From Gammaproteobacteria bacterium (lineage in GTDB: Bacteria; Pseudomonadota; Gammaproteobacteria; UBA4575): a stretch of 64,000 nucleotides of DNA. A model generated the notes under the pieces. That model worked only from the letters and a program-made list of their open reading frames with translations, ran no database searches and was not told where the DNA came from. A program made the position numbers and the translations under genes. Location: assembly GCA_965221955.1 (NCBI GenBank), contig CBDCTA010000029.1:128001-192000 (forward strand), in the 5' to 3' direction. Positions 48,658 through 59,822 of the stretch are shown here, one piece after another. The first letter of the stretch is position 1, and every line of letters begins with the position of its first letter.

Positions 48658-50229
48658 ATGTGGTACAACTTTCCACAATCAAGATTAATCCAAATCTATA
48701 AAATTCTCACACTGACAGTTCTTCTGTTATTTGTTTGTGTGTCATGTACGACACTTGGTCCAGATTTTGAAACTCCAAAAGCGGATGTGTCTGATAGCTG
48801 GATTGACAGCACTTCTTCTAATATAAATACAAAAGAAAATAATCTAGAAAACTGGTGGAAAGTATTCAATGACCCTATCCTCGATTCTTTAATTTCTTCT
48901 GCATATAAGCAAAATTTAAGTTTACAAGTTGCTGGTTTACGCGTGCTTGAGGCACGTGCACAGTTAGGTATTGCAGTGGGTAATTTATATCCACAAAAAC
49001 AACAAGCAAGAGGGGGTGCAACTTATAACACCCTTAGTGAAAATGCGGCTAACACTGTCCAAGGTGACTTGGATTATTGGAATTATGATTCTGGTTTTGA
49101 TATTGCTTGGGAATTAGATTTTTGGGGAAAGTTCAAGCGCGGAATAGAGTCTGCAGATGCGAGCTTATTAGCAAGTATGGCAGATTATGATGACTTTTTA
49201 GTAAGTCTACTTGCAGAAGTGGCAAATGCTTATGTTGCGATTCGCACTTTTGAAAAACGTATCCAACTTGCCGAAGAAAATGTGGAGCTGCAACAACATA
49301 GCTTGCGTATTACTGAAGTACGTTTTGAGAATGGGGCAACAACTGAGCTAGATGTGCAACAAGCGAAAACATTACTACGCAACACCCAAGCGTCAATTCC
49401 TCAGTTAAGAGCAGGAAATCGACAAGCCCGCCATGCCCTAAGTACTTTATTAGGGAAACCTCCTGAAGAGCTGAATGTAATTTTAGATGGCGCGATTGAA
49501 ATTCCTGCAGCGCCTCTCGAAGTTGCGGCTGGAATACCTGCAGAATTATTACGTAGGCGGCCCGACATTCGAAGAGCAGAATTTGAAACCGCAGCGCAAA
49601 GTGCATTAATTGGAGTGGCAAAGGCGGACCTTTATCCAAGTTTTTCTTTGGTGGGTTCACTAGGCCTGAAATCAAGTAGTAAAACCAATACAACGCGCAG
49701 CGGTGAAGATGGTGCTGATGAGTTATTTGATAGTGATAGCATAGAGTTTTTTGGTGGACCGTCTTTTAGTTGGAATATTTTCAACTATGGCCGCATTAAA
49801 AACCAAGTACGTGTACAAGATGCACGTTTTCAGCAGTTGCTTATCAACTATCAAGATACTGTATTACGCGCTGCTCGTGAGGTTGAAGATTCTATGGTAG
49901 GTTTTTTACAAGCGAGGCAAGCTGAAGAATACTTAAGTGAAAGTGTTGCAGCTGCATCACGTTCGGTTGAGCTAGCACTTATTCAATATCGAGATGGCGT
50001 TGAAAATTATCAACGTGTAATTGATACACAGACTTCACTTGTAAGTCAGCAAGATATATGGACTCAAACGCGTGGAAGTATCGCAACGAATCTAATCGAG
50101 ATGTATAGAGCCTTAGGCGGGGGTTGGCAAATTCGCCAAGCCAAAGGAAAGAATGAAAATTATGTGCCAGAAAATATAAAAAACAAAATGCGTGAAAGAA
50201 CAGATTGGGGAAAGTATTTAGACCAATAA
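48658..50229 (+). CDS. Efflux outer-membrane factor lipoprotein (NodT/OprM family)
   Basis: Lipobox VSC, WWKVFNDPIL, WELDFWG, LLRRRPDIR, YRALGGGW. Confidence 0.92.
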   Translation: MWYNFPQSRLIQIYKILTLTVLLLFVCVSCTTLGPDFETPKADVSDSWIDSTSSNINTKENNLENWWKVFNDPILDSLISSAYKQNLSLQVAGLRVLEARAQLGIAVGNLYPQKQQARGGATYNTLSENAANTVQGDLDYWNYDSGFDIAWELDFWGKFKRGIESADASLLASMADYDDFLVSLLAEVANAYVAIRTFEKRIQLAEENVELQQHSLRITEVRFENGATTELDVQQAKTLLRNTQASIPQLRAGNRQARHALSTLLGKPPEELNVILDGAIEIPAAPLEVAAGIPAELLRRRPDIRRAEFETAAQSALIGVAKADLYPSFSLVGSLGLKSSSKTNTTRSGEDGADELFDSDSIEFFGGPSFSWNIFNYGRIKNQVRVQDARFQQLLINYQDTVLRAAREVEDSMVGFLQARQAEEYLSESVAAASRSVELALIQYRDGVENYQRVIDTQTSLVSQQDIWTQTRGSIATNLIEMYRALGGGWQIRQAKGKNENYVPENIKNKMRERTDWGKYLDQ

Positions 50230-50254
50230 TAGTTTTTCTGTAGAGGAAGTTAAT

Positions 50255-51397
50255 ATGAATATGACAATAATAAAAAAACATATACTTACTGCAGAAAAAA
50301 TTACAATATTTCTAATTTTTGTCTCCTTGCTTGTTGCATGTTCTAAAGAAGAAGTTGTAGAAGAAGAGCCGATACGTCCAGTGCGTGCTATGCAAGTATC
50401 TGATGTCTCACAACTAGGATCACGCACATTTCCTGGCCGAGCACAGCCCACACAAGAAGTAGATTTGGCCTTTCGAGTATCCGGACCATTGATTGACTTC
50501 CCAGTAAAAATCGGGGATCAAGTAAAAGTGGGTGATGTCGTCGCTAGAATAGATCCCAGAGATTTCCAAGTCAGCGCAGAAGCGGTAAAAGGTAATTTAC
50601 AAGAAGCACAAGCTGCATTTAGAAGAGCAGCGAATGATTATCAGCGCGAATTAAATATTTTAAAACAAGAACCCGGTGCAACGAGTAAAGCTGCTGTAGA
50701 CCGTAAGCGTGAAGAACGCGATCGTGCTGCTGCTAATATTAAGTCCTTACAGGCTTCACTTACTTCAGCACAGGATCAATTGGAATACACATTTTTAAAA
50801 GCACCATTTGATGGTGTCGTCGTATCTACTTTTGTAGAAAATTTTGAGGATGTCAATGCTAGACAAGCTATTTTAAGAATATTAGATGACTCGCGTATCG
50901 AAATGATCGTGAATATTCCCGAAAATTTAATCTCATATGCACAATATGTGAAAAAAGTGTTTGTGAGTTTTGATGCATTCCCTGAAAACGAGCTTGAGGC
51001 AACCATAAAAGAAATCGGCACTGAAGCCTCTTCTACTACGCGCACATATCCGGTTACCTTGATTATGGATCAACCTAGGGAGTTTAAGATTTTGCCTGGC
51101 ATGGCAGGCAAAACATTGCGTGCAGAAATGACTTCGCCTGATATTTTAAAAGAGGTTGGGCAAGAGGGAATTGAAATTCCAATCAGTGCTACTTTTACTT
51201 CAAGTGAGGCAGATCAAACTTACGTTTGGATCATCGATGAAGCAAAAAATAGTGTTTCAAAAAGAGCTATTGTAACGGGTGCGCTAACAGATAGCGGTAT
51301 CCGTGTAACTGAAGGTCTTTCGCCGGGTGAATGGATCGCGATAGCAGGCGTGAACTATTTAAGTGAAGGTCAAAAAATAACTATTCTAGAAGAATAA
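50255..51397 (+). CDS. RND efflux periplasmic adaptor (MFP)
   Basis: LAFRVSG, LKAPFDGVV, TRTYPV, ILPGM. Confidence 0.92.
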   Translation: MNMTIIKKHILTAEKITIFLIFVSLLVACSKEEVVEEEPIRPVRAMQVSDVSQLGSRTFPGRAQPTQEVDLAFRVSGPLIDFPVKIGDQVKVGDVVARIDPRDFQVSAEAVKGNLQEAQAAFRRAANDYQRELNILKQEPGATSKAAVDRKREERDRAAANIKSLQASLTSAQDQLEYTFLKAPFDGVVVSTFVENFEDVNARQAILRILDDSRIEMIVNIPENLISYAQYVKKVFVSFDAFPENELEATIKEIGTEASSTTRTYPVTLIMDQPREFKILPGMAGKTLRAEMTSPDILKEVGQEGIEIPISATFTSSEADQTYVWIIDEAKNSVSKRAIVTGALTDSGIRVTEGLSPGEWIAIAGVNYLSEGQKITILEE

Positions 51398-51409
51398 AAA
51401 GGCAATCAA

Positions 51410-54400
51410 GTGGTTCTTGCTGAGTTTGCGGTAAAAAATAAAGTTGTAACGTACTTTGCAGCGTTTATCATTTTAGTTGCAGGTATTGCTAGCTTTTTTA
51501 AGCTAGGACAATTAGAAGATCCTGATTTTTCTATCAAAGTTGCGGTTATCTCCACTGCATATCCTGGCGCAAGTCCTGAAGAAGTAGAGAAAGAAGTCAC
51601 AGACCGAATTGAACTGGCGATACAACAGCTCGAACAAATTGATTTCATCGAATCCAAATCGACCGCTGGATTATCGATTGTATTTGCAAACGTACAAGAA
51701 AAATATTGGGCGGATCGTTTACCTCAAGTATGGGATGAATTGCGTAGAAAAGTTCGTGACGTCGAAGCGTATCTACCACCTGGAGCACAAAAACCTAATG
51801 TAAATGATGATTTTGGAGATGTGTATGGACACTTGCTTGCGATTGTCGGTGACGGCTTTAATTATGCCGAAATGGAAAAGTATGCCAAGGAGTTAAAGAA
51901 AGAATTAAGCCTCGTTGAAGGGGTCGCACGCGTAGATTTATGGGGGGTTCAAGAAAAAGTTATTTACCTTGATGCCTCAGAATCACAACTTGCCTCACTT
52001 GGAATAAGTGATGAAAGTTTAGAGAATACTTTGAGATTGCAAAACGAGGTCGTGGATGCAGGAAATGTAAATGTTCAAAATAGACGCTTACGAATTGCGC
52101 CTACAGGTGAATTTCAAACACCGGAAGACATTGCCGATTTAATCATTCAACCTTCTACACTTGATTTACTGCAAAATTCTTCAAGTAATAACGTTTCTCA
52201 GCAATCAACTGAACTCATTCGAATTCAGGATATTGGTACGGTTCGAAGAGGATATCGAGAACCTGCAACTCAACAGATGAGATTTAATGGTGAACCCGCA
52301 ATTGGATTGGCTATCAGCAATCAACCAGGCGTAAATGTAGTCGAAATGGGTAGAGCGGTTGCTACGCGATTACAAGAATTAAATAAACAATTACCTATTG
52401 GTATTGAAGTTAAGCGTGTGCACTGGCAAGGAGATGTGGTTGCTGAAGCAGTAAATGGATTTCTTATAAATTTTGTAGAGGCCGTTCTTATTGTATTAGT
52501 TGTGCTCACAGTAGGGATGGGATGGCGGCTAGCATTTATTATAGGAGTTGCTCTAGTCGCTACTATTCTTGGTAGTTTTGTTTTAATGGCATTGTTCAAC
52601 ATTGATTTACAACGCATGTCTTTGGGTGCATTAATAATCGCGTTGGGTATGATGGTGGATAACGCCATTGTTGTAGCGGATGGATTTGTCACTCGGTTAC
52701 AACGAGGTATGGATCGGGCTAAAGCTGCAATTGAAGCCGCTGCTCAACCTGCTATGCCTTTACTTGGTGCAACAATTGTTGCAGTAATGGCTTTTTATCC
52801 AATCTTTTCCTCTGTGGAAAGTGCTGGGGAATATTGCCGTACCTTATTTACCGTAGTTGCAATATCTTTATTAGTGAGTTGGATTATTTCAATGACACTC
52901 ACGCCTTTGCAATGTATCGATATGTTGCCTGCACCAAAAAATGGTGTTAATAGTGAAGATCCTTATTCAAGCGGTTTATTTCTAAAATTCAGAAGAATAT
53001 TAGAAAAAGCAATTCGTTTTCGTTTTTTTACGATTATTGCGATGGTAGGTTTGCTCGTAATCGCAATCATTGGGTTTGGGAATGTTAAACAATTATTTTT
53101 TCCAGATTCATCAATGGAGAAATTTATAATTGATTATTGGGCGCCGCAAGGTTCAAGAATTTCTCAAACCTCAAATGACCTAAAAAATATTGAAACAAAA
53201 TTACTCAAAGACGAACGTATCGCCGCAGTAACAAGTTTCATTGGATCAGGTCCACCCCGTTTTTACTTACCGGTAGAGTCCGAGCAGCCCAATCCTGCTT
53301 ATGGTCAATTAATCATCAATGTACATGACTTTAAAGATATTGATGATTTAGTTGCAGAGTACGATCGCTATTTATCCTCTGCATATCCTGAAGCTGTCAT
53401 GCCGGTACGCAAGTTTGGTGTGGGGCCATCAAATACTTGGCGATTTCAATTACGTATAAGTGGGCCAAGTGATGCGAGCTCAGAAAAATTACGCAGCATT
53501 TCAGATCATGTAGAACAGATAATAGAAAATTCTCCTGTAGGAGGTTTGCATCAGACAGATTGGCGGCAACGTATTCAGAAGGTCGTCCCAAGTTATAATG
53601 AAGAGCGAGGCAGATACGCAGGAATTCAGCGCGATGATATCGCTCGTGCAACCAAGCGAGCTTATGATGGCCGCCGTGTAGGGTTATATCGTGAAGATGA
53701 TGACCTCATTCCTATTATTCTTCGTCATGTTGAAGAAGATCGAAGAAATGTTAGTGGTCTTGATGTTTTACAAATACAACCAGCAAATAGTACTCAAACA
53801 ATCCCTCTATCGCAGGTAACCAATGGTGTAAAAGTAGAATGGGAAGACCCCATTATTTGGCGGCGTGATCGTAGTAGAACGATTACTGTGCAAGCAAATC
53901 CTATTTATGGTGAAAGTTTAGTGAACTTAACCTCGTTTATAAAAAATGAAATCAATTCTATTCAGCTTCCGCCTGGCTATAAAATTGAATGGGGTGGTGA
54001 GCTAGAAGACTCCACCGATGCACAAGCCTCGCTTATTCCAGGTGTTATTCCAGCGGTAGCAATTATGTTATTTATCGTGGTTGCATTGTTTAATGCATTT
54101 CGCCCACCAGTCATTATATTTTTAACGATTCCATTTGTAGTGATTGGTATGACTATAGGTCTATTATCAACTGGTGCAGCGTTTGGTTTTGTTGCCTTAT
54201 TGGGTGCAATGAGCTTGTCAGGCATGATGATTAAAAATGCTGTGGTGTTGCTCGATCAAGTAAAAATCAATGTGGAAGAAGGCATGAATCAATATGAAGC
54301 AGTTATTCAGGCTGCACTTTCTCGTTTACGCCCCGTTGTACTAGCTGCGGCAACCACCGTATTAGGTGTTATCCCACTGATTCAAGATGTATTTTGGATT

Positions 54401-54520
54401 GGTCTGGCTGTAACGGTAATGGCAGGGCTTACCTTCGGTACTCTTTTAACTATGATACTTGTACCTGTTTTCTATGCAACTTTTTATAAAGTGCCTGCAC
54501 CAAAAAGTAGCTTAGTGTAA
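51410..54520 (+). CDS. RND efflux permease (AcrB/AcrD/AcrF family)
   Basis: 1036 aa, with YPGASPEEVE, LGMMVDNAIVV, KNAVVLLD, SRLRPVVL. Confidence 0.95.
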   Translation: MVLAEFAVKNKVVTYFAAFIILVAGIASFFKLGQLEDPDFSIKVAVISTAYPGASPEEVEKEVTDRIELAIQQLEQIDFIESKSTAGLSIVFANVQEKYWADRLPQVWDELRRKVRDVEAYLPPGAQKPNVNDDFGDVYGHLLAIVGDGFNYAEMEKYAKELKKELSLVEGVARVDLWGVQEKVIYLDASESQLASLGISDESLENTLRLQNEVVDAGNVNVQNRRLRIAPTGEFQTPEDIADLIIQPSTLDLLQNSSSNNVSQQSTELIRIQDIGTVRRGYREPATQQMRFNGEPAIGLAISNQPGVNVVEMGRAVATRLQELNKQLPIGIEVKRVHWQGDVVAEAVNGFLINFVEAVLIVLVVLTVGMGWRLAFIIGVALVATILGSFVLMALFNIDLQRMSLGALIIALGMMVDNAIVVADGFVTRLQRGMDRAKAAIEAAAQPAMPLLGATIVAVMAFYPIFSSVESAGEYCRTLFTVVAISLLVSWIISMTLTPLQCIDMLPAPKNGVNSEDPYSSGLFLKFRRILEKAIRFRFFTIIAMVGLLVIAIIGFGNVKQLFFPDSSMEKFIIDYWAPQGSRISQTSNDLKNIETKLLKDERIAAVTSFIGSGPPRFYLPVESEQPNPAYGQLIINVHDFKDIDDLVAEYDRYLSSAYPEAVMPVRKFGVGPSNTWRFQLRISGPSDASSEKLRSISDHVEQIIENSPVGGLHQTDWRQRIQKVVPSYNEERGRYAGIQRDDIARATKRAYDGRRVGLYREDDDLIPIILRHVEEDRRNVSGLDVLQIQPANSTQTIPLSQVTNGVKVEWEDPIIWRRDRSRTITVQANPIYGESLVNLTSFIKNEINSIQLPPGYKIEWGGELEDSTDAQASLIPGVIPAVAIMLFIVVALFNAFRPPVIIFLTIPFVVIGMTIGLLSTGAAFGFVALLGAMSLSGMMIKNAVVLLDQVKINVEEGMNQYEAVIQAALSRLRPVVLAAATTVLGVIPLIQDVFWIGLAVTVMAGLTFGTLLTMILVPVFYATFYKVPAPKSSLV

Positions 54521-54657
54521 TGCTTGGTAGGGCGGTTTTTTTCTGTGATCATTGAACGCCTTATAAGTTTTAAGCAAACTCTATTTGTAATCCTAAAACG
54601 AATCAAAATACAGACCTATAGCATTTAATCTAATGCTTGATACATTAGAATTGAATC

Positions 54658-55182
54658 ATGGACGATATTCCTCCAGAAGATCAAAACAAGCAGATTGGCA
54701 AAGGCATGATCATTATTGCCTGGATTTTGATTTTTGGTATGTTTGTGTGGTTTTTTGGAATATTAGAAACCAATAAACGCAATCCAAACCAGAATGTCAG
54801 TACTAAAATTTCTGATAATGGTAAAAAAGAGATCGTGTTAAAAAGCAGTAGTTATGGTCACTATGTAGCTACAGGAAAAATCAATAATCAAAAAGTCACT
54901 TTTCTAGTGGATACCGGTGCAAGTTATGTCTCAATCCCTGAAGGTGTTGCAACTAAATTGAACTTGAAAAAAGGTGCACCTTTTCTTGTATCAACTGCAA
55001 ACGGAACGGTTACAGTCTATGCAACAAAAATAGATGAAATCAGCATAGGTGAGATTAGGCTCCACGATATTAAAGCAGATATTAACCCACACATGGAAGG
55101 TGAAGAAATTCTATTGGGCATGTCTTTTTTGAGAAATTTATCTTATACCCACGAAGGTGAGCAACTCACTATTTGGCAGTAA
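54658..55182 (+). CDS. Retropepsin-like (clan AA) aspartic protease
   Basis: FLVDTGAS, TANG, ILLGMSFL. Confidence 0.9.
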   Translation: MDDIPPEDQNKQIGKGMIIIAWILIFGMFVWFFGILETNKRNPNQNVSTKISDNGKKEIVLKSSSYGHYVATGKINNQKVTFLVDTGASYVSIPEGVATKLNLKKGAPFLVSTANGTVTVYATKIDEISIGEIRLHDIKADINPHMEGEEILLGMSFLRNLSYTHEGEQLTIWQ

Positions 55183-55364
55183 AAACCACTTCTTTTTATT
55201 TGCTAAATCTTCATTGTTTAGTTGACTAGATCATTTATATTTTGTTGAATTCCTCCGGATTTAGCTATTTATGAAAACGATTATTATAGTAATAATAATT
55301 CAATTTACATAAAATAACCGATAGCGCATATTTACTCCTATACAGATTTTTAAGGAGTTTAGCT

Positions 55365-55835
55365 ATGAGCACAATAGACATTGGTATTGAAGAACAAGAT
55401 AGGCAAAAAGTCGCAGAAGGACTTAAGCATTTGCTTGCTGATTCGTATACTTTATATCTACAAACACATAACTTTCATTGGAATGTAACCGGTCCTCAAT
55501 TTACTGAATTGCATGTCATGTTTGAACAGCATTACACAGAATTGGCTACAGCTGTAGATGAAATTGCAGAAAGAATTCGCACTCTTGATGTGGCAGCGCC
55601 TGGTACGTATAAAGAGTTTGCAGCATTAAGTAGCATTAGCGAAGTTGACGGTGTGCCTGCTGCGAAGCAAATGGTTGAGTTGTTAAAAAATGCACATGAA
55701 AAAGTAGTTAAAACCTGCCGTAAGGTGATAGCGGTTGCCCAGCAAGCAAATGATGAATCTACACTTGCTCTAGTATCTGATCGTATGCGAATTCATGAGA
55801 AAACGGCATGGATGCTACGTGCGATTAACACGTAG
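55365..55835 (+). CDS. dps: Dps-family ferritin-like DNA protection protein
   Basis: [29 protein letters not shown]. Confidence 0.95.
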   Translation: MSTIDIGIEEQDRQKVAEGLKHLLADSYTLYLQTHNFHWNVTGPQFTELHVMFEQHYTELATAVDEIAERIRTLDVAAPGTYKEFAALSSISEVDGVPAAKQMVELLKNAHEKVVKTCRKVIAVAQQANDESTLALVSDRMRIHEKTAWMLRAINT

Positions 55836-55851
55836 CATTCAGGTTAGAAAA

Positions 55852-57114
55852 TTAAATTTGAAATTCAGTATTGAGAATTTTGGGTACTTGAATATTTTTT
55901 AGCTGAATATATCGGGGTAGACCTGCTCGATAAGGCGGATAGGCCTCGCCTTTAATAAGAGGGGCAAGGTAGGTGCGACAGCGTTGTGTAATTCCAAATC
56001 CGTCTTTTGAGATGTAATTACGTGGCATCATCTTTTCTACATTCGCAACTTTTGCTAATGAAGTGCTACCAATTTTCCATCGATAAGGTTTATTAGATGT
56101 ACGCACGATAATAGGCATGATTGCAGTTTTACCTTGTAAGGCAAATTGTACTGCGGCTTTACCCATTGCGTAAGCATGATCTACATCGGTTTTCGAGGCA
56201 ATATGACGTGCGGCGCGTTGTAAGTAATCGGCAACGGCCCAGTGATATTTATAACCGTGTTCTTGTTTAACCATATCCGCAATTACAGGTGCAACGCCAC
56301 CCAATTGCTTATGCCCAAAAGCATCCACACTGCCCGCATCGGCTAAAAATGTACCATCTTCATAACGGGCACCTTCGGAAACACAAATTACACAAAAACC
56401 ATAATCGTCTACGCATTGTTTAACACGTTTTAAAAAGGCTTTTTGATCAAATGCAATTTCTGGAAAAAGAATAATATGTGGCGCATCGCCTTTTTGTTCT
56501 GCAGCTAGACCGCTGGATGCAGCGATCCACCCCGCGTGGCGGCCCATTACTTCCATGACGAATACTTTTGTCGAGGTTTCAGCCATAGACTTGACATCAA
56601 AAGCGGCTTCCTTAATGGATACCGCAACATATTTTGCGACTGATCCAAATCCAGGACAGTTATCTGTAATTGGCAAATCGTTATCCACCGTTTTAGGAAT
56701 CCCAATACATTGGATCGGATAACCCATTTTTTTACTTAATTGCGAGACTTTATGGGAGGTATCTTGCGAATCCCCTCCACCATTGTAGAAGAAGTAACCA
56801 ATATTGTGCGCTTTAAAGACATCGATCAGTCTTTCATATTGTGCACGGTTCTCTTCAATGCTTTTTAGCTTATATCGACAAGACCCAAATGCACCGGAAG
56901 GAGTGTGCTTTAGAGCTGCGATTGCACTTGCAGATTCTTTAGAGGTATCAATGAGATCTTCGGTTAGTGCGCCGATAATTCCATTTCTACCTGCATAAAC
57001 TTTGCCTATTTTATTTTTATGTTTACGTGCGGTTTCGATGACACCACACGCAGTGGCATTGATGACAGCAGTTACACCGCCGGACTGTGCATAAAATGCA
57101 TTACGTTTTTCCAT
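55852..57114 (-). CDS. pfp: 6-phosphofructokinase, pyrophosphate-dependent type
   Basis: QSGGVTAVIN, NGGGDS and PKTVDND (Asp and Lys at the PPi-specificity positions), EVMGRHAGW. Confidence 0.88.
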   Translation of the reverse strand: MEKRNAFYAQSGGVTAVINATACGVIETARKHKNKIGKVYAGRNGIIGALTEDLIDTSKESASAIAALKHTPSGAFGSCRYKLKSIEENRAQYERLIDVFKAHNIGYFFYNGGGDSQDTSHKVSQLSKKMGYPIQCIGIPKTVDNDLPITDNCPGFGSVAKYVAVSIKEAAFDVKSMAETSTKVFVMEVMGRHAGWIAASSGLAAEQKGDAPHIILFPEIAFDQKAFLKRVKQCVDDYGFCVICVSEGARYEDGTFLADAGSVDAFGHKQLGGVAPVIADMVKQEHGYKYHWAVADYLQRAARHIASKTDVDHAYAMGKAAVQFALQGKTAIMPIIVRTSNKPYRWKIGSTSLAKVANVEKMMPRNYISKDGFGITQRCRTYLAPLIKGEAYPPYRAGLPRYIQLKNIQVPKILNTEFQI

Positions 57115-57263
57115 GATTTGTATTCTATAAAGTTATTGTTAAGAATTAATTTCTTATGGGCTCATCAATTATTCATTCACTCGTTTAGCTAATTAGAGTA
57201 GTAGGCGCAGTCTTTTTTCTCGATTATGGTGTTCTAAGGAATTTACTAAATGGAGCGATTATT

Positions 57264-57917
57264 ATGCGAGTAATCTTATTAGGTGGACCGGGTGCAGGTA
57301 AAGGCACTCGTGCTAAATTCATTGAAGAATTGTTTAACATTCCACAAATTTCAACTGGAGATATGCTCAGAGCGGCAGTTAAAGCCGGCACTCCTTTAGG
57401 ACTCGAGGCTAAAAAAGTGATGGAATCTGGTGGGTTGGTGTCCGATGAAATTATTTTGGGTTTAGTGAAAGACCGCGTCGCTGAAAGCGACTGCGCGAGC
57501 GGATATATATTTGATGGCTTTCCGCGCACACTTGCTCAGGCAGAGAGCTTGAAGAAGCAAGGTGTAGAAATTGATTATATTGTAGAAATTGATGTGTGTG
57601 ATGAAGAGGTCCTGAGACGCTTGACAGGACGTCGTGTACATCCTGGCTCAGGTAGGACGTATCATATTATTTTCAATCCACCTGAAGTTGAAGGTAAGGA
57701 TGATGAAACAGGTGAAGACTTAATTCAAAGAGACGATGATAAAGAAAAGACTGTGAAGGAACGCTTGAAAGTCTATCACGATCAAACAGAGCCACTTATT
57801 AACTATTACAAAACTTGGTCAAGCAGCGGTGAAAGTGATGCGCCTAAATATAGGAAGATTGGTGGCGTCGATACAGTAGATGAAATCCGCGATCAAATTA
57901 AACAAGCACTAAGTTGA
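57264..57917 (+). CDS. adk: Adenylate kinase
   Basis: [26 protein letters not shown] region GRTYH..QRDDD. Confidence 0.96.
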   Translation: MRVILLGGPGAGKGTRAKFIEELFNIPQISTGDMLRAAVKAGTPLGLEAKKVMESGGLVSDEIILGLVKDRVAESDCASGYIFDGFPRTLAQAESLKKQGVEIDYIVEIDVCDEEVLRRLTGRRVHPGSGRTYHIIFNPPEVEGKDDETGEDLIQRDDDKEKTVKERLKVYHDQTEPLINYYKTWSSSGESDAPKYRKIGGVDTVDEIRDQIKQALS

Positions 57918-57936
57918 ACGTTATCAAACTTCTAAT

Positions 57937-58272
57937 TTGAAGATTATCCTCGCCATAGCTGCCTTGTTTGCAGTGGTATGGTATTGGCAAGATAGTCTTC
58001 GCAGTCGTGAGTTTACGCTTAAGCACTGCCGCCGTTTATGTAAGGAACATAATGTTCAGTTTCTAGATCAAACCGTGCATGTAGCACGAGTACGCATCGC
58101 AAAAAATCAGAGACATCATTTTTTCTTGCGTAGATTTTACGCTTTTGAGTTCAGTATTGGTGGTGTTGATCGACACAACGGTGTGGCTGTGGTCTCAAAA
58201 GAAAAAATTGAATACCTTTCTTTATTGCATCCAGATGGTGAAATTATTGAAGGCAGTCCGCCTGTAGATTAA
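57937..58272 (+). CDS. DUF3301-like protein
   Basis: N-terminal TM, C...NVQFLDQTV, YAFEFS..G..R..G. Confidence 0.75.
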   Translation: MKIILAIAALFAVVWYWQDSLRSREFTLKHCRRLCKEHNVQFLDQTVHVARVRIAKNQRHHFFLRRFYAFEFSIGGVDRHNGVAVVSKEKIEYLSLLHPDGEIIEGSPPVD

Positions 58273-58329
58273 TAAAATAATACCTATAGTTTTGGTGTGT
58301 GCAAAAACTTAATATGTATATATATAAAA

Positions 58330-58887
58330 TCAAGCTCTAAATTTTTCTACATTCCAATGTTTCGAATTTGCGTGTATACATAAACAGGAAACGCCATGTT
58401 TTTGTATACGTGTTTCGCCAGCTGCACCAGGATTAAGTACCCATGGATCTTCGTTTTGGTCACACACAAGACGATGACTATGACCATATACGATAGCTTT
58501 AGCCGCAGGGAAGCAAGCACGTAGTTTTTTGTGCCACATATCATATTCCGAATAGTATTCGTCTCCGTGGGTAATTGTGATGTTACCTCCAGGCAAATTG
58601 ATTTCGGCAATTTGTGGAATTTTCTCTAATTCATTATGTTCCGTGCTTTCCCATTGCCAAGTAGTATCATTATTTCCACAAACGGATACGACGTCATCGC
58701 AAATTTCATTGAGTTGTTCAATAACATTTAAACAACCAATATCACCAGCATGCAGAATTAAATTGCTGCCATTTAAATGATTAATAATAGACGGATTGAT
58801 ATAGCAATGTGTGTCGGATAACACGCCAACTTTCATATCGTCTGCGTTGCTAAAATCAAATTGTTGCTTGTCTAACAGTTTATTCAT
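58330..58887 (-). CDS. YfcE-like metallophosphoesterase
   Basis: SDTH, HAGD, GNND, THG, GHSH, NPG. Confidence 0.9.
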   Translation of the reverse strand: MNKLLDKQQFDFSNADDMKVGVLSDTHCYINPSIINHLNGSNLILHAGDIGCLNVIEQLNEICDDVVSVCGNNDTTWQWESTEHNELEKIPQIAEINLPGGNITITHGDEYYSEYDMWHKKLRACFPAAKAIVYGHSHRLVCDQNEDPWVLNPGAAGETRIQKHGVSCLCIHANSKHWNVEKFRA

Positions 58888-58948
58888 GATAAGACTTTAG
58901 ACGATTCTGAAGGCAGTCAGCAATATTGCAATGCAGATATAGAATAGA

Positions 58949-59734
58949 CTAGTTCCTGATCCAACCAATTTCGACAGCTGTTTTTTCGCCTACTACACAG
59001 GATTTAAGACTACTTGCCATTCTCGATAGCTGAGAAGTTTCTGCAATGGTGCCAGCCATGATTTCAGCGCGTCGTTGCGGATAAACAGGCTTTCGATTGG
59101 GTTCAGCTAAACCATCGGGTGGGATAGGATTACCTGCCACATCATATTTATCAACTGCGCCTACGGTATGTAGCAGTTCGTGCGCAATCACAATATTATT
59201 TTGTTTAGCTTGCGTATGACTTGCAAATGCATGCACGATACCTAATAAACCTTTTTGTAGACCTAAAGAATGCTCAAGCTTTTGATTAGGTATGTCTTCA
59301 TGGTAGAGAACAAAAATACGTATACGATGTTTATTAGATTTATCGTCAGGAGTATTTTGCATTGCCCACCAGCGTAATTTCATACTCCATAATGCGATGG
59401 TTATAGGATTGGCATCAGCTTTTGGAGGTTTTGGGGGTAGAGCGCTTACTGCTTTTCCCAAAGTGGTAGAGGTGGGAGTAGAACTAACCACGTCATATTT
59501 TTTACTTTCTCGTTTTATAAATTCATCAATATCTGAAAAATTTTTAGTGCTAAGTTTTTTAATATATTGATCAACCTTGTTATTGGAGTCAGCATTGATT
59601 GGAAATATCACAACTTCCAGCGGTTTGTACCAGCCTTGAGTAACTAAACGCTGGTCCTGGGTGTATAACAAGACCGCAGCCAATAAGAAAATTAATAGTA
59701 AGATTCTGAAATTTTTAAAAGTAAATATGCGCAT
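58949..59734 (-). CDS. Membrane-anchored hypothetical protein with a zincin-like HExxH
   Basis: IAHELLHTVGAVDKY and EIMAG. Confidence 0.7.
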   Translation of the reverse strand: MRIFTFKNFRILLLIFLLAAVLLYTQDQRLVTQGWYKPLEVVIFPINADSNNKVDQYIKKLSTKNFSDIDEFIKRESKKYDVVSSTPTSTTLGKAVSALPPKPPKADANPITIALWSMKLRWWAMQNTPDDKSNKHRIRIFVLYHEDIPNQKLEHSLGLQKGLLGIVHAFASHTQAKQNNIVIAHELLHTVGAVDKYDVAGNPIPPDGLAEPNRKPVYPQRRAEIMAGTIAETSQLSRMASSLKSCVVGEKTAVEIGWIRN

Positions 59735-59822
59735 TCGTAAAGCATAAGATTTATACTTGTAAGCTCAATTAAACTTAGATTATCGGTTATAAATCAGAGC
59801 CATTTGGTAGCTACTGTATGTC

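Noticed and set aside
54658-55182. Retroelement origin for the retropepsin-like protease
   Set aside because: It matches the common bacterial membrane-anchored clan AA protease, and no reverse transcriptase or integrase is nearby.
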